From: an uncultured Methanoregulaceae archaeon
Lineage (GTDB): Archaea > Halobacteriota > Methanomicrobia > Methanomicrobiales > Methanospirillaceae
Reading direction: 5' to 3'
DNA length: 64,000 bases
Assembly (NCBI GenBank): GCA_963841015.1
Contig: CAWJAX010000003.1
Location: forward strand, 96,001 to 160,000
The position numbers and the translations under genes are program-made. The notes beneath the pieces are model-generated. The model was given only the letters and a program-made list of their open reading frames with translations, had not been told where the DNA came from and searched no databases. Below, in pieces: positions 56,258-64,000 of the stretch (the stretch's first letter is position 1; each line of letters starts with the position of its first letter).

Positions 56258-56956
56258 ATGATATCGGTCATAATCCCGACCTTTAATGAAGAAGAGAATA
56301 TCGCTCAGTGTCTCGTGTCTCTCACCCATCAGACAGTAGCACGGACTGATTATGAGATTATCGTTGTGGATGGCGGTTCTAAGGACGCGAGCTGCACGAT
56401 CGCAGAAAAATATGCGGACAAAATTTTCACGCAGACAAGTAAAAAAGTTGGTGGTGCCCGAAATGACGGGTTCATGGCAGCGAAAGGAGATATTATTGCA
56501 ACGACTGATGCCGATTGTATCCTGCCTCCGACCTGGATCGAAACAATAAAAAAAGATTTTAAAGACGAACGTGTTGTTCAGTTGTATGGCCCCGTATACC
56601 CGATTGAGGTGGGGATTGGTAATAAATTATCATTATTGCTTGCCAACACATTTTCCCGTATCGGCTATTACAGCCAAACGTTCTATTATACCCTGGGCTG
56701 CAACACCGCCTTCCGGAAAGATGCGTTTATCAAAGCGGGAATGTACCGATGTTTCGATGCCGGAGATGACCTCGAGATCGCTTTACGGATGAAGGATCAG
56801 GGAAAGGTCATTTTTGATGGCAGGCTTAAAGTTGGTTTCTCAATGCGCCGGTATGCGCAGTTCGGAACAATAAAATCACTGTATGAATGGTTCTATATCG
56901 TATCTCGTGGCGGTGAAACTCATAAGTACTCCTATACTCAGAAAAAATACAAATGA
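56258..56956 (+). CDS. Glycosyltransferase family 2
   Basis: ISVIIPTFNEE, IIVVDGGSKD, ARN.G, TDAD and GDD motifs. Confidence 0.93.
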   Translation: MISVIIPTFNEEENIAQCLVSLTHQTVARTDYEIIVVDGGSKDASCTIAEKYADKIFTQTSKKVGGARNDGFMAAKGDIIATTDADCILPPTWIETIKKDFKDERVVQLYGPVYPIEVGIGNKLSLLLANTFSRIGYYSQTFYYTLGCNTAFRKDAFIKAGMYRCFDAGDDLEIALRMKDQGKVIFDGRLKVGFSMRRYAQFGTIKSLYEWFYIVSRGGETHKYSYTQKKYK

Positions 56957-57050
56957 TGGCATCACTATTTTGTGTTCACCTGATCAAGCTTGGGTATAGG
57001 TAAAATTTTTTGACATATTATTTTATCTTTCTTCACATGAATTGTTACGT

Positions 57051-58130
57051 ATGCCAACCATGAAAATCCGCGGTGGAGACCTCGATCTTGTTGAGTATGA
57101 ATTCAATTCATTTCCCCCGGGAAAGAATCTCAAGACCCTTGGGTATGAAAAGAATAAATTCAGATTAAAAGCCGTGAAAGGAAAGATTAGCGTAATAGCC
57201 CCGGCGCGAATACATCTGACCGTACTGGACATGAACCGTTTTGCACCTGATCATCCCGGGGGAGGGGGAATCGGATTTGCCATACAGTGCTATTGCACGG
57301 CCGAAGTAGAATGTACAAAAAAAGGTGTTGAGATTGACTATAGTCGCTCATCCATAATTGAAAATTTTGTCGCAGTCTTCAAAAAAACCGTCGGATATAC
57401 CGGCGGATTTAGGATAAAGGCGACTGACCATCAGCACAAACATGTGGGGCTTGGTTCTACCAGTACGGTCATGATTGCGGTCGCCACGGCTATGAATGAA
57501 GTTCTCGGCCAGCCTCTGACAAACGATCAGTTAAGAAAACTGATAGGGCATAATTATGTTGAGGAGACTGCAGATGGAAACATCGCATTTGGTTTTGAAA
57601 CAGGTGTCGGTCCCGCGGTAAGCACACACGGGGGTATGGCAATACTTGGCGATGAACTCAGTCTCGTCTACCATCATTCGTTCGCTGAAGGAAAAAATGT
57701 CTATATTATAATCCCCCCCACGGATATCTCTTCTGCCGGTACACAGGAATTTGATCTCCTCATGAACAAGGCCCGGACACTGGATTATCGGGACCGTGAA
57801 CTCAAAGCATATCTCTTCCTGATGGATCTCGTCCCGGCGCTTGAACAGGATGACCTGAAAAAAGCTGGAGATGTAATCTGGGAGATCGAATTCCGGGGCT
57901 CAAAAAGAGCTGAAGTTGAACACCATAGTTTTGAGATCTATCATTATATGAGTAAGCTCCGCGACGCAAAACTGGAATTCGTGGGAATGAGTTCAGTGGG
58001 GCCATCCATCGCTGTTGTTACAAGACTTAACCAGAAAGCACTGGAAAAAATTCTTAAACCCCTGGGTCTTGCTATCGCGATTGTCACCAGGGTTGATAAC
58101 GAAGGATTAAAAATTATGAGCAAAAAATAA
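57051..58130 (+). CDS. GHMP-kinase-fold protein, beta-RFAP synthase-like (start uncertain)
   Basis: APARIHLTVLDM, GGGIGFA, HVGLGSTS, GVG..V..HGG and GMSSVGP motifs. Confidence 0.8.
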   Translation: MPTMKIRGGDLDLVEYEFNSFPPGKNLKTLGYEKNKFRLKAVKGKISVIAPARIHLTVLDMNRFAPDHPGGGGIGFAIQCYCTAEVECTKKGVEIDYSRSSIIENFVAVFKKTVGYTGGFRIKATDHQHKHVGLGSTSTVMIAVATAMNEVLGQPLTNDQLRKLIGHNYVEETADGNIAFGFETGVGPAVSTHGGMAILGDELSLVYHHSFAEGKNVYIIIPPTDISSAGTQEFDLLMNKARTLDYRDRELKAYLFLMDLVPALEQDDLKKAGDVIWEIEFRGSKRAEVEHHSFEIYHYMSKLRDAKLEFVGMSSVGPSIAVVTRLNQKALEKILKPLGLAIAIVTRVDNEGLKIMSKK

Positions 58131-58297
58131 TTTCTTTGCATTTTTCCTTACCCGCATTTATGCTTTTATAGCGTGCGTTGGAAAAAGCACCATTTTCTGA
58201 TGAACTTTAAAGAGATTTGGCAGGTAACTAACGCATTATAATGGAGGGCAGTGTTGTAGGGAAGAGTTACTGGATTTCCTGCGGGATACCACCCCCT

Positions 58298-58921
58298 TCA
58301 TCCATATCTGGTAAAGATTGCCTGTATTTCTGACCGTACCAGGGTATTACCCAAAATCCGCATCGGCCATTGATGTATACAAATTGACACTAAAGTGAAT
58401 TTTGAAAAAAGATTGATGACCTCCTCCTGGGTAAAGTAATGAGTAATTATTCCAGGGCTACGCCAAAAAGTCGCCGGTTCGGTTTCATTCCCTTTACCAA
58501 ACCTGAAATCATTGATAGAAAAATCAGAAAAAAAGAGGGTTCCCCCGGGTTTAAGGATATGCGGTAGTTCTGATATGATCCGTAATCTGTCCACTTTATG
58601 CATATGACCAATAACATGCAGTGCAAAAACTGCATCAAACGAGTTATTCTTAAAAGGGAGATAACGGGCATCTGCAACCATCACATCTCCGTGAGAGGCA
58701 CCCCAATCCAGCCTCTTACTCAACGTGACCGCTCGTGAAGCAAAATCGATTGCGGTAACATCCCACCCCCGCTGAATCATTGCGGTGAGTGTTTTTCCAT
58801 TACCACACCCAAGTTCAAGCACACGAGACCGTACAGGGATTTCTGGCAGATTGTGAGTTGCACCGCTCCAGAGCATTCCCCTGCGGGTATAATCTTCTTC
58901 CCAGGCTCCTGCGTCCGGCAT
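58298..58921 (-). CDS. Class I SAM-dependent methyltransferase
   Basis: VLELGCGNGK, ADARYLPF...SFD and LKPGG motifs. Confidence 0.9.
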   Translation of the reverse strand: MPDAGAWEEDYTRRGMLWSGATHNLPEIPVRSRVLELGCGNGKTLTAMIQRGWDVTAIDFASRAVTLSKRLDWGASHGDVMVADARYLPFKNNSFDAVFALHVIGHMHKVDRLRIISELPHILKPGGTLFFSDFSINDFRFGKGNETEPATFWRSPGIITHYFTQEEVINLFSKFTLVSICIHQWPMRILGNTLVRSEIQAIFTRYG

Positions 58922-58997
58922 GATACCATTCTCCCATTAGCAAGATATTTTTTTTACTTCATTTTCCTATACATTGCGGTAATCAAAAAAATGAGAA

Positions 58998-59372
58998 TCA
59001 GGTAAGGAATTGTTTTAGTCTCTGGGTCACAAGCCCGATAAGAACATCTGTTGAATCAATGCGGTTAATTTCATCGGTATTGATCAGCTCGTGAAAGGAC
59101 GTTCCTGACTGAATATATATGGCTGGGACAGAAAGTTTCTGCGTCCCGCACAGCTGAAAAAATTCATCACGATAGAGAAACCTTGATGGAAAGCCGAGAT
59201 CGTTAATGAACCGTTTCCATGCCTTTTTCACACCGACCGGACTGGAGATCAAAGCAAAAAGGTTGCACCGTGGAGTTTTGGAAGATATCATACTATGTCG
59301 ATAATCCGACATGCCCGACAGGTTACCTCTGTCAATGTCATATACAAACAACAGGACCATTCCGGACTGCAT
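58998..59372 (-). CDS. Conserved hypothetical protein
   Basis: LFVY.., W..FI..L...FLYRDEF pattern resembles a small uncharacterised family; recognition from memory only. Confidence 0.55.
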   Translation of the reverse strand: MQSGMVLLFVYDIDRGNLSGMSDYRHSMISSKTPRCNLFALISSPVGVKKAWKRFINDLGFPSRFLYRDEFFQLCGTQKLSVPAIYIQSGTSFHELINTDEINRIDSTDVLIGLVTQRLKQFLT

Positions 59373-59594
59373 AGTACATTTCCATTTCTTTCCGATGATT
59401 TAATGATTGGGTTTAATCAACCGAGGATTTTTTTTGATCTGCCACTCTCGAGAATACCTTTTGGTATGCAGGACACATCCCTATCAGCGAATCCGGGTTA
59501 TGTTTTTTGTTGCATGATACATGCAAAAGTGATAAAGTATGATGCCGGTTCATTCTATAGTAAACAGATACACAATCACGAGAAGGTAAATTTA

Positions 59595-60872
59595 ATGTTA
59601 GACCTCAGGTTTGTTCGATCCAGCCCGGATGTGATCAGGGCAGATCTTAAAAAACGCAACGATAGCGAAAAGCTCGCGTGGGTAGATGACCTGCTCATAA
59701 AAGATATTCGGTCACGCGAACTCAAAATGGAGACTGATGTACTGCGCCAGCGCCGCAACACGATAGCCCGGGAGATTAACGCAGCACGAAAATCCGGACA
59801 GGATGCAAATGTTCTGTTAGCTGAAGCGGCAAATCTTCCCCAGAAAATCAGGGATCGGGATGCGGAACAAGAAGAGATCACAAAGGCGATTCACTTCTAT
59901 CTGATGCGCCTGCCTAATATCCTGCACGAAAGCGTTCCGGTTGGGAAAGACGACACCGAGAATGTGGAAATAAGATGTGTGGGCACGCAACGGGAATTCA
60001 ATTTTGAGCTGAAGAATCACGGGCAACTGGCTGCTGAACAGGGGTGGGCGGATTTTGAACGGGCGACAAAAATTTCCGGTGCGGGATTTTATTTCCTGAA
60101 AGGCAGCCTTGTCTTACTGGATTTAGCGCTTCAGCGATTTTCTCTTGATCTCCTGGCACACAAGGGTTACACGCCGGTAATCCCGCCGTATATGATCAAC
60201 CGGTCATCGTATGAAGGCGTTACGGATCTGGATGATTTTGAAAAAGTCATGTATAAAATTGAAGGGGATGATATGTACCTGATAGCAACGAGCGAGCACC
60301 CGATTGGTGCCATGCATCAGGACGAAATATTCGAAGAGAAGGATCTTCCTCTCCGGCTTGCGGGTATTTCACCCTGTTTCCGGAGGGAGATCGGCGCACA
60401 TGGGCTTGACACCAAAGGTCTGTTCCGCGTCCACCAGTTCACCAAAGTCGAGCAGTTCGTATTCTGCAGACCTGATGATTCGTGGCAGATTCATGAGGAA
60501 TTGCTCGCAAATGCTGAAGAGGTATTTCAGAAGCTCCGGATTCCGTACCGTGTTGTGTCAATATGTACAGGAGATATCGGAACGGTTGCAGCGAAAAAAT
60601 ATGACGTTGAAGCATGGATGCCCCGCGAGAAAGCATACAAGGAAGTTGTGTCATGCTCGAACTGTACCGCCTACCAGGCAGTCCGGCTCAATATCAGGGT
60701 CCGGGACAGGAATGATTTTGAATCCAAGCGCTATGTTCATACTCTCAATTCAACGGCAATTGCCACGTCACGGGTAATACGTGCCATCCTTGAAAACTTT
60801 CAGAACGAGGACGGTTCTGTGGAAATTCCTCCTGTACTCCGGCCTTACATGAACGACCGGGAATATCTCTGA
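59595..60872 (+). CDS. serS: Seryl-tRNA synthetase (bacterial/standard type)
   Basis: MLDLRFVR start, LPN, LIATSEHP, FRREIG, GLFRVHQF.KVEQF, SCSNCT and HTLNST motifs. Confidence 0.97.
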   Translation: MLDLRFVRSSPDVIRADLKKRNDSEKLAWVDDLLIKDIRSRELKMETDVLRQRRNTIAREINAARKSGQDANVLLAEAANLPQKIRDRDAEQEEITKAIHFYLMRLPNILHESVPVGKDDTENVEIRCVGTQREFNFELKNHGQLAAEQGWADFERATKISGAGFYFLKGSLVLLDLALQRFSLDLLAHKGYTPVIPPYMINRSSYEGVTDLDDFEKVMYKIEGDDMYLIATSEHPIGAMHQDEIFEEKDLPLRLAGISPCFRREIGAHGLDTKGLFRVHQFTKVEQFVFCRPDDSWQIHEELLANAEEVFQKLRIPYRVVSICTGDIGTVAAKKYDVEAWMPREKAYKEVVSCSNCTAYQAVRLNIRVRDRNDFESKRYVHTLNSTAIATSRVIRAILENFQNEDGSVEIPPVLRPYMNDREYL

Positions 60873-60961
60873 TTTTCTTTTAAAGCCATACCTTGAACTG
60901 ATTCCGGAATAAATACTTATTTTGCTGTTGATAACCTAACATTAGGAAAGGGTGTTGTACT

Positions 60962-62674
60962 GTGGGCTATCCTGAACTGGACCGTAATGAGTCCATAATC
61001 CTGGAAACGCGGAACATTAAATTCAAATCCATCTCATTTGATGCCATACTTACCGACAAGCGGATTATTCTTTCCGACAGCAAGAAGAATGTCATCCCTT
61101 CTCAGGATATCGCGCTCTCGACTATCAGGAATGTCGAAGCCGGGGAAAATGCCATACGGGACCACTTTTTGATTCTATCCATTATTACCGATTCCGGTGA
61201 AAAGCACCAGACGGTTCTCACCTTTATACGCCAGGCGGGTGGAGAAAGGAAAAGGGAATGCAGCGAATGGGCAAAGAAACTTAAAAGTCTGATACCTGAA
61301 CCAACTGGTGCGTTATCTCCTGCTGATGTTCCTTTGTCGAATGGGAAGCCCGGAATAAAAAGTGAAATCCTGACTCCATCACAAAGTGGAGCTGCGACTA
61401 CCCGTCCCGCAAAAAAGAAGATTGAAACTGCCCAGCCCTTAGGTAAGATTACTGAAAAAACTCCTGTTGCTCCAAAACCCAAAGAAACCTCCTCCCTTCC
61501 CACTGGTTTGTTCTGTTCGCGATGCGGCAATCGGGTTCCTTTCAAATCAACATTCTGCAACCATTGCGGCACACCGGTCAAATCCTCTTCTGAGAACGCA
61601 TCTGCACCAAAATCGGTCATAACTCAAGTGCCAGTCCCTCCTCCTGAATCCAGCCATGTTGGTACTGAATCGCCGGTACCGGTTCCCCCATCCCCAGCTC
61701 AGCCCGTCATACCTCACGAGCCGGTTCCTTCATCACCACCTCTGCCCTCTGTTACCAGAGTAACCCTTCCTTTTCCTGCACCGCAGATGGTCATTGGCGA
61801 AACACCGGTAACGGTACCGCCAGCTTCAGCTCCGCCCGCCATACCACGGGTACCGGTTCCCCCCCAAGCTGGTTCGGGCAGGGAAGACCCGAGTAGTCAA
61901 ATCAACCAGATAATCCATTCTATCGAACCCCTGATTGAAGACTCAGTGCCCCGCTCCCAGCAGCCAGCATCTCTTGATCAAAAACACGTGTATCCGGAAA
62001 AGACTGAACCTGCGGCCCCCGAACCCCCGGCAGCATCCCCTTCCCAAGTGGTATGGCCCGTGCTACCCAGCGCGGAATCTCCCGTGGTATCAACCCCGGA
62101 ATCAACAGCCATTGAATCCGGATCTCCCTCACCCCAACCGGTTCCTGGACCTGCGGGAAAAAAGCCAAATTATCTTGCGATCGGGATCCTTATTATCGCC
62201 ATCCTTCCTCTTATAGCTGGACTCGTAATTGTGGCAAACATCATGTCAGGGCCATCTGGTGTGCCTCCTGTGACCACTATACCCGTTACCACTTTGGCAA
62301 CCACAATTCCCCCTCCTCCACCGCAACCTACGGTTACACCAGAACTAACCTCAGCAATTACTCCGGGACCCACGCAAGTGATGATTCCTCCAAACGGGGT
62401 ATGGGTACGGGCATCTTATCCGGGTTCTTATATTGGATTGATTGGTACGCCCGGGAACCAGCTTGAAGTATCCGGCACCGGAGATAAGTTTTATCCGATC
62501 TCGACAAGTGACGGTATTGTCGCAGCAGCTCTCCAGAAAAAAGATGGTTCAGGAGATAAAATCATTCTGGAAGTTTATAAAAACGGTGTGATGCTCAAAC
62601 GTGAGTCGACTGTCACCCCGAAAGGTATCGTTGAGATTCAGCTGGATTTGAAAACTGTGCCCGGTGCCGGTTAA
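60962..62674 (+). CDS. Membrane protein with PH-like N-terminus, zinc ribbon, Pro-rich linker, TM helix and outer domain
   Basis: AILTDKRIIL, FCSRCG...FCNHCG, long P-rich tract and YLAIGILIIAILPLIAGLVIV. Confidence 0.8.
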   Translation: MGYPELDRNESIILETRNIKFKSISFDAILTDKRIILSDSKKNVIPSQDIALSTIRNVEAGENAIRDHFLILSIITDSGEKHQTVLTFIRQAGGERKRECSEWAKKLKSLIPEPTGALSPADVPLSNGKPGIKSEILTPSQSGAATTRPAKKKIETAQPLGKITEKTPVAPKPKETSSLPTGLFCSRCGNRVPFKSTFCNHCGTPVKSSSENASAPKSVITQVPVPPPESSHVGTESPVPVPPSPAQPVIPHEPVPSSPPLPSVTRVTLPFPAPQMVIGETPVTVPPASAPPAIPRVPVPPQAGSGREDPSSQINQIIHSIEPLIEDSVPRSQQPASLDQKHVYPEKTEPAAPEPPAASPSQVVWPVLPSAESPVVSTPESTAIESGSPSPQPVPGPAGKKPNYLAIGILIIAILPLIAGLVIVANIMSGPSGVPPVTTIPVTTLATTIPPPPPQPTVTPELTSAITPGPTQVMIPPNGVWVRASYPGSYIGLIGTPGNQLEVSGTGDKFYPISTSDGIVAAALQKKDGSGDKIILEVYKNGVMLKRESTVTPKGIVEIQLDLKTVPGAG

Positions 62675-62924
62675 AAAAATTGGTGATTATGTAACATCCA
62701 GATAACCTCTTTTTCCGTTCCGAAAAATTATATGACTCAAAGGACCTGAAAACTGTTTTTTTTTAGAGAAAACCGGAAATCAGGTTAATCTGTTCATTAA
62801 TACATGGGGAGTATTGATATTTTACCGACTGGTTTGAAAAAGACCTTTGTTAACAAATCAATCAAATAATCGCATATGATTATAATCAAAACTTTTAACT
62901 CAGGAATACATCGTTAAAACAGAA

Positions 62925-62999
62925 TGCTGCTATGGGGATTCGAACCCCAGTCGCGGGCGTGAAAGGCCCGCATGATTGGCCGGACTACACTATAGCAGC
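62925..62999 (-). tRNA. tRNA-Glu (TTC)
   Basis: Acceptor stem GCTGCTA/TAGCAGC, anticodon arm CGGGC-CTTTCAC-GCCCG, T-loop GTTCGAATC. Confidence 0.96.
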
Positions 63000-63096
63000 G
63001 CGTTGTTGCTTTATCTAATTTCTCGGCACCTGATAAATAGATTATGGAACAGGAAAAAATGGATGCTTACAGGGTATTTCCGGTAAAATTTTTTTA

Positions 63097-63969
63097 TTAT
63101 TTTTTATTGATAGAGTGACCTTCCGTTTCAGTCACCGTTTTGAACGCAGCCATCAGCTGTCGGGTGACTGGCCCGGGCTTGCCGGTTCCGATTGTCCGCC
63201 CGTCCACCCAGGTGATCGGAGCGACTTCAGCTGCGGTTCCGGTACAGATCATCTCGTCTGCAGAATAGAGATCAAAATACCCGATGTTCTGCTCCTTAAC
63301 GGTAATGCCGAGAGATTTTGCAAGTTCTAGCAGAACCATGCGGGTGATACCTCGGAGATTGTTAAGGGTCGGTGGTGTGATAATTTCACCATTTTTCACG
63401 ACATAGAGATTGTCGCCGGAACCTTCAGATACGTAACCATTCGTGTCAAAGAAGATTGCCTCATCGCCGCCTTTATAGTTCGCTTCAATCTTTGCAAGGA
63501 TATTGTTGAGATAATTCAGGCTTTTTACATTCGGTGGGAGTGCATCTGCGGGATTCCTCCGCACTGATACAGTCACCGCCCTGAGACCCTTGTCATACAG
63601 ATCGCCATACATCGCACCCCAGCTGGTGGCAATCACAATAACAGAAGGTTTCGGGCACTTGCGCGGATCAAGACCGAGATCTCCTACACCCCTGCTGATG
63701 ATTGGCCTGATGTAGGCGTTGGTTAATTTGTTCCTGCGCAACACTTCGCAGATTACTTCGGTCATCTCTTCTTTGGATAAAGGAGGCTGCAGGTCGATTG
63801 TTTTTGCCGAATCGAAGAGTCGATCAAGATGTTCTTTCAGACGGAAAATTCTGCCATTATAGGCACGGATGCCCTCAAACACACCGTCTCCATAGAGAAA
63901 ACCGTGATCAAAAACCGAGATTTTTGCCTGGTCGTCAGGAAGGTATTTACCATCAATGTAAATGATCAT
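63097..63969 (-). CDS. ilvE: Branched-chain amino acid aminotransferase
   Basis: [36 protein letters not shown] and GTAAE motifs. Confidence 0.97.
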   Translation of the reverse strand: MIIYIDGKYLPDDQAKISVFDHGFLYGDGVFEGIRAYNGRIFRLKEHLDRLFDSAKTIDLQPPLSKEEMTEVICEVLRRNKLTNAYIRPIISRGVGDLGLDPRKCPKPSVIVIATSWGAMYGDLYDKGLRAVTVSVRRNPADALPPNVKSLNYLNNILAKIEANYKGGDEAIFFDTNGYVSEGSGDNLYVVKNGEIITPPTLNNLRGITRMVLLELAKSLGITVKEQNIGYFDLYSADEMICTGTAAEVAPITWVDGRTIGTGKPGPVTRQLMAAFKTVTETEGHSINKK

Positions 63970-64000
63970 AGCTTTTATGGGGTGTACTTGGTTTTGTAGT

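Noticed and set aside
59295-59594. 100-aa N-terminal extension of SerRS in the ORF track
   Set aside because: The typical SerRS start MLD is at 59595; the extension overlaps a divergent gene and promoter region.
1-64000. CRISPR array, transposase, integrase or rRNA; the many antisense ORFs in the track
   Set aside because: No regularly spaced repeats or recombinase/transposase motifs were seen by eye; short antisense ORFs are shadows of well-supported genes.

Overview
Chromosomal segment of a methanogenic archaeon; gene content and protein style fit Methanomicrobiales (Methanoregula-like), which is inference. Housekeeping content: dnaK-dnaJ-trmG10, hypD, malic enzyme, thioredoxin, aldehyde dehydrogenase, RNase P RNA, AMMECR1-tgtA-arcS, nfnAB, a ppk1-CHAD/HD-ppx polyphosphate operon, cimA-ilvB-ilvH, serS, ilvE and three tRNAs (Thr-GGT, Arg-CCG, Glu-TTC). 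Notable elements: (i) one giant TPR gene of about 13.8 kb (about 4,587 aa) split by five +1 insertions and carrying an internal 15-repeat duplication; (ii) an accessory patch downstream of tRNA-Thr with a membrane DUF362 protein, twin Cys-rich microproteins, tandem repeats, a wHTH gene and an AT-rich methyltransferase; (iii) a three-gene PolB2 cassette next to tRNA-Arg; (iv) a dispersed intergenic repeat of about 120 bp in two copies; (v) a eukaryote-type UDP-galactopyranose-mutase-like flavoprotein next to a GT2 gene. Several indels (TPR gene, malic enzyme, ilvB) look like sequencing errors. No CRISPR array, rRNA, integrase or transposase was seen.
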